A DNA stretch of 64,000 nucleotides from Phycisphaeraceae bacterium (GCA_963674705.1 OY771506.1:5024001-5088000), one strand, 5' to 3'. Counted from the first letter of the stretch, positions 1-9,846 are shown. Notes: a model not told the origin generated them from the sequence alone. Numbers and translations: made by a program.

Positions 1-1135
1 TGATGTGCTCGAACATACTCGGGCGGAACACGCCGGCGAGGATCAACCCGATGTACAGGAAGTTCTGGAACCCGTAGATCTGCACCGCCGGGCCCGGGTC
101 CTTTTCGTGATGGCGTTCTGCCTTGGCGTGATCACGCTTATCGATGATGAAGAACACCGTCAGCAACAGGATCAGGCACACGCCCCACATCGGCCACAAC
201 GCTTCGGTCACCCAGAAGAACGGCACGCCCTTGAGGTAACCCATAAACAGCGGTGGGTCACCGATCGGGCTCAGGCTGCCGCCGCAGTTCGCCACGGCGA
301 AGATGAAGAAGATGATGTGGTAAGGCTTGATGTGTGCCTTGTTGATGCGGATGTAAGGCCGGATCAGAAGCATCGCGGCGCCGGTCGTGCCGAACACGTT
401 CGCGATGACGGCACCGACTAACAGCAACATCGTGTTCGTCGTCGCGGTCGCTTTGCGCGAAACGTTGATCATGATGCCGCCGCTGACGATGTACAACGAA
501 CCGAGCAGCGCGATGAAACTCACGTACTCCTTCATCTCGTGGAACCACGCGGCCCGACTATCCTGAACCTCCGGGAAGAAGAACAGGTAATACACCGCCG
601 TGACAAGCCCGAGCACGATCGCGAACTTCGGATAATGGTGTTCCCAGAAGTGCATGTTGATCAGCGGACAGACCGCGATACTTCCAAGCAACAGCGCGAA
701 TGGGAGGATCCACCACCAGGCAACGTTCGGCACAGCGTGGTGTCCCCCGCCGTGCGCATCACCACCTTCGCCCCCCTCTCCGTGACCACCTTCGTGCGCA
801 CCGGCCTCAACCGCGACAGAGCCGTGCGCACCGTCAGTGGTGGATAAGTCATCTGCCGATTCGCCCAGGTTGCCGTCGGCGTGTTGATCGGTTACGCCCG
901 CCGCGGCGCTGCCGGCAGTTTCCTCAACATGGGCCGCGACGTCATTGTGCGCGGCGGCGGCGTCCTGATGAGCGTTTTCTATTTGAGCGGCGATCTCTTC
1001 AGCGCCGGCCGGCACCGCAGGGGAGTCTTGCCCTGAACTGATGCGGTTGATCACGGCGAAGACCAGCACCAGCCCCAACAGGAGCATGGCCAGGATCTGT
1101 TTGATGTGCGAACCCTCATTGGGTTGATCGGTCAT
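1..1135 (-). CDS. Putative Na+/H+ antiporter / ion-transporter superfamily permease (CitMHS_2-like) with His/Gly-rich N-terminal loop; 3' end runs off the window
   Basis: Missing from the ORF track because it has no stop in the window. Manual translation from ATG 1135 (GGAGG upstream): MTDQPNEGSHIKQILAMLLLGLVLVFAVIN...ANVFGTTGAAMLLIRP...VANCGGSLSPIGDPPLFMGYLKGVPFFW. The GTTGA and PIGDPP motifs are typical of the IT superfamily. Confidence 0.8.
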   Translation of the reverse strand, partial: MTDQPNEGSHIKQILAMLLLGLVLVFAVINRISSGQDSPAVPAGAEEIAAQIENAHQDAAAAHNDVAAHVEETAGSAAAGVTDQHADGNLGESADDLSTTDGAHGSVAVEAGAHEGGHGEGGEGGDAHGGGHHAVPNVAWWWILPFALLLGSIAVCPLINMHFWEHHYPKFAIVLGLVTAVYYLFFFPEVQDSRAAWFHEMKEYVSFIALLGSLYIVSGGIMINVSRKATATTNTMLLLVGAVIANVFGTTGAAMLLIRPYIRINKAHIKPYHIIFFIFAVANCGGSLSPIGDPPLFMGYLKGVPFFWVTEALWPMWGVCLILLLTVFFIIDKRDHAKAERHHEKDPGPAVQIYGFQNFLYIGLILAGVFRPSMFEHI

Positions 1136-1204
1136 GGTGTGTTAGCCTCCACTACCATAAACGGGCTATATTTCGTTAGTTACGTGGCCCGTGGCAGGAC
1201 GGTG

Positions 1205-1801
1205 TTATTCGGTCTCATAGGCCGACCCAAGTCGGCACAGGTCGTTCATCATGCGTGCAAACAGGCTGAATAGCCCCTTGAGCCGATCCAGGTCCTTCAC
1301 CTCGCCCTCGACCTCAACGATCAGCTCATCGATCTCGTCCGGGTAATAGTCTTCAAACCAGTTACCTGCGTCCCGCACCTGGATGTGGATGTCCGGCTCC
1401 TTCTTGACCATCTCACGCAGGAAGTCGTCATCGAACAACGTTTTGATCTTGTCCGGGTCCGTTCCCTGGATGCGGAACATCTTGTCGAACGGTTCGTGAT
1501 CGACTTTTATGTCCTGCATTCCCATGAGTTTACCGATGTTCGAAAACACGGTCTGATGGCTCAAGGCGAAGCGGAAGCCATCCGGATTCACGAACGGGCC
1601 ACGCAGGCGTGTGTAAAGGTATTCCGAGCGGTAGCCGGGTTCGGAATGGATGTCGAGTGTCACCGCCCAAGGCCCGACCTTGGCAACGAGCTTGTCTTGC
1701 CGCATGCCTTGCTTGTCGGTCAGCACGCCGCCGAGTTCTTCGCTCAGGCGTTCCCAGAGTTTGTTCTCGTGCTTGGCGAAACCTTCTTTAAGCTCTGGCA
1801 T
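1205..1801 (-). CDS. Conserved hypothetical protein (DUF3137-like)
   Basis: Likely start MPELKE at 1801. YTRLRGPFVNPDGFRF and GMQDIKVDHEPFDKMFRIQG resemble DUF3137-type proteins. Confidence 0.55.
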   Translation of the reverse strand: MPELKEGFAKHENKLWERLSEELGGVLTDKQGMRQDKLVAKVGPWAVTLDIHSEPGYRSEYLYTRLRGPFVNPDGFRFALSHQTVFSNIGKLMGMQDIKVDHEPFDKMFRIQGTDPDKIKTLFDDDFLREMVKKEPDIHIQVRDAGNWFEDYYPDEIDELIVEVEGEVKDLDRLKGLFSLFARMMNDLCRLGSAYETE

Positions 1802-2012
1802 GTCATGGCCTTTCGTGTCTGACGCGGGTGTTGGCGGCGCGTGAGCACAGCAACGGTGCCAACGGATCAGCCGCTGCACCGTGTTCCATACCAAACTCGG
1901 CTTTTATGGTGAGTGTTCTTTAACCCTGACAAGGTAGAGGGTTAACCGTCGCCAGCAAACGACGTCCAGGAGGCGTTGTATCGGAAAAGGTAAGTTAATA
2001 ATCGGACGCAGC

Positions 2013-2255
2013 TTAACTCAACGCCACACTGGCCCAGGACGGGCCGGCATGGGCAGGCTTGCTTTGCATGACCGCGACGGCCTGCTCCTTAAGCGAGTCC
2101 AACATGGAGTTTACACGACTCTCCGGCAGGTCCAGCACCAGGCTGATCTCCGCCTGACTGAGCTGGTCGGCGTAGAACAGCAGCAGAATCAAGCGTTCGG
2201 TTCTGTTCAACGTGCTCATGAATGCTCTCATCCGCCCAGCCTCCTTGCTGTTCAT
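2013..2255 (-). CDS. Stand-alone sigma-70 region 4 (FliA/WhiG-like HTH) small protein
   Basis: LNRTERLILLLFYADQLSQAEISLVLDLPESRV matches the sigma region 4 pattern. 80 aa with no region 2. GGGAG upstream of the ATG. Confidence 0.7.
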   Translation of the reverse strand: MNSKEAGRMRAFMSTLNRTERLILLLFYADQLSQAEISLVLDLPESRVNSMLDSLKEQAVAVMQSKPAHAGPSWASVALS

Positions 2256-2376
2256 ACTCTTACTCCCTTTAGATGGAGCGTAGAACTGATTCTCAGCCCG
2301 GGTGAGGGGAATAATGGCTGATCAATGAGTGCGCCCTCCGTGGCGACCCCTCACCCGGATTTACCATATGTGGGAT

Positions 2377-2405
2377 TTATCGGACTGCCGGGTCAACTTG
2401 CTTTA
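2377..2405 (-). promoter_or_regulatory. Candidate sigma28-like promoter TAAAG-N16-TCCGATAA
   Basis: Resembles TAAA...GCCGATAA, with a spacer slightly longer than canonical. The same spacing is seen at 56182-56210. Confidence 0.35.
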
Positions 2406-2707
2406 ACGTTTTTTTGATCGTTTTCCACGACGTAACTTATGCTGGAGAACCAAGTTCACACACCGGCCCGTTTGCCGTGCGAATCCGCGTTTAGGCTTAA
2501 ATAAGAGGCCTTTTGAGCAAAAATGAGGTTAGCCCGACGCCCGCGATAGCAAGGGTTGACTAATACATTTACCACCATTGTTTGCACAAAAAAAGTAAGA
2601 ATCGTGGTAAATAAAATTTTAACGACTTGCCAGAACAATGCTTACGCAACATTCCCTCGGAATTTTCATGCAAATGCGACAGTTGCATGCTTCAAATCCG
2701 ACATGAA

Positions 2708-2791
2708 TGCGGGTGATAGGACTCGAACCTACACGGGTTTTACCCCATCAGGACCTAAACCTGACGCGTCTGCCAATTTCGCCACACCCGC
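2708..2791 (-). tRNA. tRNA-Leu (TAG)
   Basis: GCGGGTGTGGCGAAATTGGCAGACGCGTCAGGTT-TAG-GTCCTGATGGGGTAAAACCCGTGTAGGTTCGAGTCCTATCACCCGCA. Long variable arm, TTCGA T-loop. Confidence 0.95.
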
Positions 2792-2921
2792 AGCGTCCCC
2801 CGGCCCCCCCCGGATCCCCGGCCCCCCGGCCAAGGAGCAAGCTCCTGACTCCTTAGGCCTTACAGTGTCCTGTACTCTCTGCCCGCTTGCAACTTCACCA
2901 ATCACAGACCACACTCCGCCT

Positions 2922-3425
2922 ATGTTTGACCCCTTTAAAACCCTTGAATTACCCGCCAAGTTCGACCTCGAAGATGCTGAACTGCACATGAAGTTCATCC
3001 AGGCTTCGTCGCGGCATCATCCCGATCGTCATACCGATCCGGTCAAGCAGGCCGAAGCTGCGGAGAAGTCCGCAGCCATCAACCAGGCATACGCGATCCT
3101 TTCCGATCCGGAACGCCGCGCCGACGCCCTGCTCAAACAACTCGGCGGCCCCGCGAAGGAAGATGACAAATCCTTACCGCCCGCCCTATTGATGGAGATG
3201 ATGGAAGTCCGCGAAACATTGGAAGAAGCGATCGCGGACAATAACAAAACCGAACTCGAAAAACTCCGTGGCTGGGCACACGATCAGAAACACGAACACT
3301 TAACTAAGATCGCGCAACTGTTTGATAAAGCCGGCGACGTTTTGTCTGAAGCGGATGCGAAGGCGATTCGTTTGGAGTTGAATGCCTTGCGTTATATCCA
3401 GCGGATGCTGGAGCAGATGCCGTAG
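2922..3425 (+). CDS. hscB: Fe-S assembly co-chaperone HscB-like J-domain protein
   Basis: MFDPFKTLELPAKFDL...HHPDR (HPD motif)...SAAINQAYAILSDPERRA...LLMEMMEVRETLEE. Start reset to ATG 2922 because the upstream extension overlaps the tRNA. Confidence 0.8.
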   Translation: MFDPFKTLELPAKFDLEDAELHMKFIQASSRHHPDRHTDPVKQAEAAEKSAAINQAYAILSDPERRADALLKQLGGPAKEDDKSLPPALLMEMMEVRETLEEAIADNNKTELEKLRGWAHDQKHEHLTKIAQLFDKAGDVLSEADAKAIRLELNALRYIQRMLEQMP

Positions 3426-3429
3426 GCGG

Positions 3430-3546
3430 GGATGGGGGATGGGGAATTGTATTTGGGATTTGGGATTTGGGATTTGGGATGTTTATTGCTGATGGCTAAT
3501 GGCTTTCACTGCCCAACGCCGGTCCTGAGCGCAGCGAAGGGGCGGG
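3430..3546 (+). repeat. Composite repeat copy 1: GGGGAT / GGGATTT / TGGCTRA heptamer arrays plus a 35-nt REP-like core
   Basis: Colinear with 8044-8171. Core CCCAACGCCGGTCCTGAGCGCAGCGAAGGGGCGGG (3512-3546) is identical to 8137-8171. Confidence 0.85.
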
Positions 3547-3572
3547 CGGTTTTTGAGGGTGCAGGAAGAATC

Positions 3573-6371
3573 TTATTTACACGATACGCGGTGGCGTCGT
3601 TGCGCGAGGGTTGTAAGGCATAGCATCAATAAACCAATCGATGCTGGTTCGGGGATGTTGAGTTCTGCGAGGGTTGGTGGGGAGCCGGCGTTCCAATGGA
3701 GGAGGATATAGTCGAGGTCTTCGAGGCCGACGAAGCCGTCGCCGGAGGAGTCGCCGTGGATCCATGAGCCGGCGGGGACTTGGTGGTTCCAGTTGCTTAA
3801 GACGATGTCGAGGTCGTCGAGTCCGACGAAGCCGTCGTTGTTTTTGTCGCCCACGAGTTGTTTGGCCAGGACGATACTGTTCGGGTTGTAGATCACGTTG
3901 AATCCGGCGGGGACGTTGACGGTTGCGAATGAACCAGCGACGTTCATCGCAGAAGAAAGAATCCAGAATTGTTCGCCAAGATCGATCGTGGGATCATCGA
4001 CGAGGGTTGCCAAGAGAGTACCATCCAAAGTCACCTGTCCGGAAACGACAAGTCCATCGTTGCCGAGCGTTGTGATCGTGTTGTCTGTGAGTTCGATGGA
4101 TAGCTTGCCATTGGTTTGTTGGGTGTAGTCGCCGGTGATGTTGAGGATGCCTATCCCATCGACGCCCGGCTCGATGAGGCCGTCGTTTAGGAGTTGGGTC
4201 GCTTCGATCGTGCCGTCGCCTTCGATGCGGCCGTTTTGCCGAACCTGGAGCGTATCGCCGACGGAAACAAGGCCGCCGTCTGAGACGGACAGCGTGCAGT
4301 CGCCGGCGGTGGATGATGTTTCTCTGCCGATCTCGAGTGTATCGGTTATGTGCCAGGCCGAGCCGTTGCCGCTGATGTTGGCGAGTGTTGTGCCACCGCT
4401 TCTGATATCAAGCCTGCCGGTATTGCTATTGAATACTGCGCCGTTGAGGACGTTGAGCTTTGTCGTGCTGCTTTGATAGTAGGCGTACAACAAAAAACCG
4501 GACGAATTGAGAGTCGACCCGGCATCCGAGACGGTGACTTCGGTCAGGTGGTTATCCGTTGCATTGACCGAGATGGCTGAGGTATTGACGGTACCGCCGT
4601 TGGTGATGATCAGTTTATCCTCTGAATTGCTGGCGGCTCCCATCATGATGCCGCCGTTGGCGTCGAGCGAGCTGTTTTGGCCGGTGACGGTAACGATGAT
4701 TGGATCACCCGATGGCCCCATGCCACCGGTCTGCATATCCATGTGGCGGATCAAGACTCTGCCGCCGTCTTCGATCAGTAGAGCGCTGCCTTCCGGGTTG
4801 CCTTTACTAAAGGTGAATATGGCAGCGGTGTCCCATAGAGAGCCTTCGCCGGTGACGATTATCGAGGCCGCGGAGGTATCGGATGCGTTAAAAGAATTGA
4901 GGCTGGCGCCGGCGTTGGATATGACCGTCCCGCCGTTCTCGATCCGAAGCGAAACCAGTTCCGCGCCGATCCCCATGTTCAGCGGCGCATCGGTCGTCCA
5001 GGTTGAACCCGCGCCGTTGACGGTGACCGAGCCAGAGGAGCCGTGCTGATAGCCGAGGTAGATATCCTCACCCGCGCTATGGACGGTCGCGCCGTTTTCA
5101 ATCAGCAGGCTGGCGGTACCCTGATAGCCGATGAGGAAGTCACCGTTGATTTGCCAATGGGAGTCTGCGCCGCTGACGGTGACCGAGCCGGTGGAGTCGA
5201 TACCTTTGCCGATGGAAGCATCCTGGCTGACAACGCAGCCGCCATCGAGGATGTACAGACTTGCTTCACCGCCCGCACCCACCGTGAATTCGCCGCCGTT
5301 GACGTTGAGTTCCGAATCCTGTCCCCTGACGCGTAAAAGGCCGTTGGAACCGGCGTAGTTACCGATCGAAGCACCGGGGAACGAGCCGTTGACGTTGACT
5401 TGCCCCCCGCTTTCGATGGCGAGCGTGCCTTCGCCGTAGTACCCGACATAAAGCCCGCCGCTGATATCCCAGACAGAACCGGCGTCGGTCACACCGGCAG
5501 AACTATCGGAGACAGCTTCAGCACCGATCACGCCGTTGTAGCTGGAAACGTAACCACCGTTGAAAATATTGAATCGGCCGTCCCCCCATTGCCCAACGTA
5601 AATGGTCCCGTTGTTGATCCAGGTAGACCCGGGACCCGTCACACTGACGGCAACATTCTCAGAGCCACTTTGAGCAATGATGGCGTTGTTATTTGAAACA
5701 TAGCCGCCATTAGCGATCTGCAGTCTGGCGTCACTTCTATTTGCACCGACATAAAGGTCGCCGGCGTTTTCCCATCTTGAGCCTGTATCCGTAACTGTGA
5801 TGTATGGGAAAGGTGCAGAGGAACTGTAGTAACCGATCTTGCCGCCGTTGCTGGAAAGATAACCACCATCTTCGATTACGAGGCTGCCGTGGCTGCCTTT
5901 GTATCCCACATGAATAAGCCCGGTGTTGTACCACGCCGAACCGGCGCCGGTGATCGTAACCCAACCGCGGCCATCATCATCTTCACTGATGTAGGCCGAA
6001 CCGCTGTTAACGGTGCCGCCGGCTTCGATCAGGAGTGTACAGTCGCCGAGGTAGCCGACGGAGAGCGCGTCGGCGATGTTCAGGGAGGAGTCGGTTCCTG
6101 AGACGGTGACTTGGCTGGTCATGTCATCGGTGTAGCCGAGGTAGGCATCGATTGCGGAGACGGAGCTGCCGGCGGTGATCGAGAGTGTGGCGTCGGCGGT
6201 GTCGGCGAGGATCAGTTCGACGCCGGCGTCCCAGGGATCGTCCGAGCCGTTGTAGGTTGGCGAGACGTCGCCGGTGACGTTGATCGCGGCGTGCGTGTTG
6301 GCAAAGAAGAAACCGGGGATCAACACAGCCAGGCCGAGGCGGCCGGTCGAACGGGGAAGTAGGTGATACAC
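3573..6371 (-). CDS. Secreted T5SS/PEP-CTERM-associated repeat protein with dockerin-like double repeat and PEP-CTERM tail
   Basis: Signal peptide. More than 10 repeats of VTVxGxGSxW...LxVGxxGxGxLxIxxGGxV. GDKNNDGFVGLDDLD / GDSSGDGFVGLEDLD. Ends IPEPASIGLLMLCLTTLAQRRHR. Confidence 0.85.
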   Translation of the reverse strand: MYHLLPRSTGRLGLAVLIPGFFFANTHAAINVTGDVSPTYNGSDDPWDAGVELILADTADATLSITAGSSVSAIDAYLGYTDDMTSQVTVSGTDSSLNIADALSVGYLGDCTLLIEAGGTVNSGSAYISEDDDGRGWVTITGAGSAWYNTGLIHVGYKGSHGSLVIEDGGYLSSNGGKIGYYSSSAPFPYITVTDTGSRWENAGDLYVGANRSDARLQIANGGYVSNNNAIIAQSGSENVAVSVTGPGSTWINNGTIYVGQWGDGRFNIFNGGYVSSYNGVIGAEAVSDSSAGVTDAGSVWDISGGLYVGYYGEGTLAIESGGQVNVNGSFPGASIGNYAGSNGLLRVRGQDSELNVNGGEFTVGAGGEASLYILDGGCVVSQDASIGKGIDSTGSVTVSGADSHWQINGDFLIGYQGTASLLIENGATVHSAGEDIYLGYQHGSSGSVTVNGAGSTWTTDAPLNMGIGAELVSLRIENGGTVISNAGASLNSFNASDTSAASIIVTGEGSLWDTAAIFTFSKGNPEGSALLIEDGGRVLIRHMDMQTGGMGPSGDPIIVTVTGQNSSLDANGGIMMGAASNSEDKLIITNGGTVNTSAISVNATDNHLTEVTVSDAGSTLNSSGFLLYAYYQSSTTKLNVLNGAVFNSNTGRLDIRSGGTTLANISGNGSAWHITDTLEIGRETSSTAGDCTLSVSDGGLVSVGDTLQVRQNGRIEGDGTIEATQLLNDGLIEPGVDGIGILNITGDYTQQTNGKLSIELTDNTITTLGNDGLVVSGQVTLDGTLLATLVDDPTIDLGEQFWILSSAMNVAGSFATVNVPAGFNVIYNPNSIVLAKQLVGDKNNDGFVGLDDLDIVLSNWNHQVPAGSWIHGDSSGDGFVGLEDLDYILLHWNAGSPPTLAELNIPEPASIGLLMLCLTTLAQRRHRVSCK

Positions 6372-6547
6372 GGATGAACCCTCCGGATCAGGTGGGAATA
6401 AAAGTTAACTTAAGTACTATAAAATACCATACAATGTGATGATTAGCAACGAAAAATGGGGTGTCGGGATCCGAGCGTGTTATGTGGGGTTGGGGGTTTG
6501 TGAGCAGACAGAATTAAAAAAGAACCGCAGAAAACAGGACGGCTGCT

Positions 6548-8044
6548 ATGGGATTTAAGCACATACTTGACCGGGCTTGGTTGAGTCTGTTGGCGATTGT
6601 TTTCGTTGCGGTGACGCCCGGTGTATTGCGTGCTGAAGAGGTTTCGGGGGCGGCGCGGGGGGATAGGCTGAACGTTTTGTTTATTGCGGTTGATGATCTT
6701 CGGCCGGCGCTGGGGTGTTATGGGGATGCGGTTGCGATTTCGCCGAACATTGACGGGCTGGCTGCGCGGGGTGTGGTGTTTAATCGGGCTTATTGTCAAG
6801 AGGCGGTGTGCAGCCCGTCGCGGTTGTCGTTGATGACGGGTCGGCGTCCTGACACGATCCGTGTGTGGGACTTGTCGACGCACTTCCGAGAGGCTTTGCC
6901 GGATATTGTGACGCTGCCGCAACTCTTCAAGGATAACGGGTATTACACGGCAAGCATCGGGAAGATTTATCACGGCAGCGGTTCGCCTTCCACGGACCCG
7001 CCTTCGTGGTCGGTCGATCCGCTGTACGATCACTCGGGCGAATTGAACGCCACGTGGCTTTTGCCTGAGAATCGAAACAAGAAGGGTAAACAGGCATCGA
7101 CCGAGGCGCCGGAAGTCGACGACGGCGAGTACGAGGACGGCATGATCAGCAACGCGGCGGTTGAAAGGCTGCGTGAACTGAAGATGAAGCAGCAGTCGTT
7201 TTTCCTGGCGGTCGGTTTCCGTAAGCCGCACCTGCCCTTCTGCGCGCCGAAGAGGTACTGGGACATGTACGATCGGGACAGCATCCCCCTGCCCAATCTG
7301 GAGCATCCGTTGAATGCACCGGAGCTGGCGATCCGAACCTGGCATGAATTGGAGGGATACAAGGACATCCCGAATGATGGCAAGCTATCGTTGGAAAAGG
7401 TGCGTGAGTTGAGGCACGGTTACTATGCGTGCGTCAGTTATGTGGATGCGAATATCGGGCGGGTGCTGGATGAACTGGATCGGCTGGGGCTTGCGGAGAA
7501 CACGATCATCGTTCTCTGGGGCGATCATGGGTTTCACCTGGGCGAACAAGGCCTGTGGACAAAGGCGAACAATTACGAGCTGGCGACGCGAGCGCCGCTG
7601 TTGGTTGTTGTGCCGGGGATGAAAAATGCGGGCAAAGCCACGGACGCGCTTGTTGAGTTTGTTGACATCTATCCGACGTTAGCGGATCTGTGCGGATTGG
7701 GTGTGCCGGGCGACCTTGAGGGAATGAGCCTGAAGCCAATCCTCGACGACACGGATCGGCCGGGCAAAGAAGGTGTGTTCAGTCAGTATCCGCGCAACGC
7801 GGATCCAACGAAGTATCGTCATAAGACCCACGGCGACATCATGGGCTATGCGGTGCGAACGGACCGGTATCGTTATGTCGAGTGGCGCGACTGGAACAGC
7901 AAGCAGACGGTCGCGCGCGAGTTGTACGATCAGCAGAATGATCCGCAAGAGATGAACAACGTCGCTGATGATCCGCAATATGCTCAGAGGATCAAGCGAC
8001 TGAGCGCGATGATTGATGGGATTGCGTCGAGTGAGGGGGAGTGA
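6548..8044 (+). CDS. Sulfatase (S1 family, iduronate-2-sulfatase-like)
   Basis: NVLFIAVDDLR, CSPSRLSLMTG (CxPxR formylglycine motif), GKIYH, KPHLPF, GDHG. Signal peptide. Confidence 0.92.
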   Translation: MGFKHILDRAWLSLLAIVFVAVTPGVLRAEEVSGAARGDRLNVLFIAVDDLRPALGCYGDAVAISPNIDGLAARGVVFNRAYCQEAVCSPSRLSLMTGRRPDTIRVWDLSTHFREALPDIVTLPQLFKDNGYYTASIGKIYHGSGSPSTDPPSWSVDPLYDHSGELNATWLLPENRNKKGKQASTEAPEVDDGEYEDGMISNAAVERLRELKMKQQSFFLAVGFRKPHLPFCAPKRYWDMYDRDSIPLPNLEHPLNAPELAIRTWHELEGYKDIPNDGKLSLEKVRELRHGYYACVSYVDANIGRVLDELDRLGLAENTIIVLWGDHGFHLGEQGLWTKANNYELATRAPLLVVVPGMKNAGKATDALVEFVDIYPTLADLCGLGVPGDLEGMSLKPILDDTDRPGKEGVFSQYPRNADPTKYRHKTHGDIMGYAVRTDRYRYVEWRDWNSKQTVARELYDQQNDPQEMNNVADDPQYAQRIKRLSAMIDGIASSEGE

Positions 8045-8171
8045 TTGGGGATTGGGGATTGGGGATTGTATTTATGATTTAGGATTTTGGATTTAGGATG
8101 TTTATGGCTAATGGCTGATGGCTAATGGCTCTATCCCCCAACGCCGGTCCTGAGCGCAGCGAAGGGGCGGG
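8044..8171 (+). repeat. Composite repeat copy 2 (direct repeat of 3430-3546)
   Basis: ATTGGGG x3, TGTATTT, GGATTTN array, TGGCTAA/TGGCTGA array, then the identical 35-nt core. Confidence 0.85.
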
Positions 8172-8223
8172 TGATTTTCGGGTATCGGGGGGGGATGATG
8201 TGTTTGGTTGTTTGTTTTGATGT

Positions 8224-8252
8224 GAGGCGCGACCGATGGTCGCGGCTATACA
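8224..8252 (-). repeat. REP-like hairpin TGTATAGCCGCGACCATCGGTCGCGCCTC
   Basis: 27/29 identical to 56110-56138 on the opposite strand. Internal palindrome CGCGACC...GGTCGCG. Confidence 0.75.
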
Positions 8253-8401
8253 AAGAACCCGACTGGGATGGCCGGGAGATTTCGAGTGGGTAAATGAGAC
8301 CGAAACTCAGGCGGGGAAATTGTCGTGCGTCTGGTGAAGGTGGAATGCATCTAAAATAGCGCTTAATTGTCCCTGTTACCCACTTTTACAAGGGAAGTGC
8401 T

Positions 8402-9751
8402 ATGGCGGATGTGATGAATGCGGATATCGTGGTTTTGGGTGGAAGCGCGGCGGGGATTACGGCGGCGATCACGGCTCGGCGGCATCATCCCGATAAGCGG
8501 ATTCTGCTGGTACGCAAGGAGAAGCAGGTGCCGATCCCTTGCGGGATTCCTTATATCTATGGCACGCTGGGCGATACCAAGAAGAACCTGATCCCGGATG
8601 CGGTGCTGGAGTCGAACAAGATCGACCTGGTGATGGCTGAGGTTGTCGAGATCAATCGTGAGAGACAGTGTTTAATCACGGATAACGGCAATGAGCTGAA
8701 GTACGAACGGTTGATCCTTGCGACGGGTTCCGTGCCGACGCAGCCGCCGATTTCGGGTATTGATCTTGAAGGCGTTTATGCGATCTGGAAAGATGTGGAT
8801 TACCTTGCGCAGTTGCAGGAGAAGTTGAAGCAAGCGAAGGACGTCGTGATTATTGGCGGGGGTTTTATCGGGATCGAATTCGCGGATGAGATCAACAAGG
8901 TGGATCACAAGAACGTGACGGTCCTGGAGCTGGCGGCGAATTGTCTGAGCTTGTCGTACGACACCGAGTTCTGCGAGGAGATGGAGGCGTTGTTGCGCGA
9001 GCGCGGTGTGACGGTGCGTACTTCCGTGATGGTTGAGCGGATTATTGGCGACGGGCATGTCAGTGCTGTAGAGCTTAAGGGCGGGACGACTGTGCCGGCG
9101 GATCTGGTGATCCTGGGCATCGGGGCGAAGGCGAATGTTGAGCTTGCGAAGGAGGCCGGGCTGCAACTGGGGCAGACGGGGAGCGTGGCGGTGGACCGGA
9201 CGATGCAGACATCGGACCCGGCGATCTTCGCCTGCGGCGACTGTGCTGAGAAGATTTCTTTCTTTGGCGGCGGGCCATCTGCATTGAAGCTTGCATCGAT
9301 CGCGCAGCTTGAAGCGCGGATCGCGGGGGCGAATGTTTACGGCCTGCGTCGTGAAAGCGACGGGACGCTTGGCGTGTGGTCGACGGCGGTGGGTGACCTT
9401 GCGATGGGGACGGCCGGCCTGACGGAAACGATGGCGAGGGATCGCGGCTACGACGTGGCGGTCGGCACGGTGCAGACGCCTAACCGTCATCCCGGTTGCA
9501 TGCCCGGGGCGGCGGCGGTGAAGGTGAAGCTCGTGTTCGAGAAGCATTCGCAAGTGCTGCTGGGCGGGCAGGTGCGTGGGAGCGTGTCGGTCGGCGAGTT
9601 GATCAACACGATCGCCGCGTGCGTGCAGAAGCGGATGACGGCGGAGGACATCGCGATGTTCCAGATGGGGACGCACCCGGCGTTGACGGCGTCGCCGATC
9701 GCATATCCGCTTGTCAATGCGGCCGAGGTCGCGATATGCCAGATGCAATAG
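8402..9751 (+). CDS. FAD-dependent pyridine nucleotide-disulfide oxidoreductase (NADH oxidase / CoA-disulfide reductase-like)
   Basis: GGSAAG FAD motif, IPCGIPY redox Cys, ATGS, GGGFIG NAD motif, TSDPAIFACGD. Confidence 0.88.
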   Translation: MADVMNADIVVLGGSAAGITAAITARRHHPDKRILLVRKEKQVPIPCGIPYIYGTLGDTKKNLIPDAVLESNKIDLVMAEVVEINRERQCLITDNGNELKYERLILATGSVPTQPPISGIDLEGVYAIWKDVDYLAQLQEKLKQAKDVVIIGGGFIGIEFADEINKVDHKNVTVLELAANCLSLSYDTEFCEEMEALLRERGVTVRTSVMVERIIGDGHVSAVELKGGTTVPADLVILGIGAKANVELAKEAGLQLGQTGSVAVDRTMQTSDPAIFACGDCAEKISFFGGGPSALKLASIAQLEARIAGANVYGLRRESDGTLGVWSTAVGDLAMGTAGLTETMARDRGYDVAVGTVQTPNRHPGCMPGAAAVKVKLVFEKHSQVLLGGQVRGSVSVGELINTIAACVQKRMTAEDIAMFQMGTHPALTASPIAYPLVNAAEVAICQMQ

Positions 9752-9816
9752 TGTCGGGCGGTTGTTGATGGTGCGTTGATAGTGGATTGATTGACTGGTT
9801 ACACAACATGTGAGTG

Positions 9817-9846
9817 AAAACCCGCAATACATTTGCGGGTTTTTTT
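9817..9846 (+). terminator. Rho-independent terminator (possibly bidirectional)
   Basis: AAAACCCGCAA-tacat-TTGCGGGTTTTTTT downstream of the oxidoreductase. Confidence 0.75.

Noticed and set aside
2556..2921. N-terminal extension of the HscB-like ORF
   Set aside because: It overlaps tRNA-Leu on the opposite strand, and homology starts at MFDPF.
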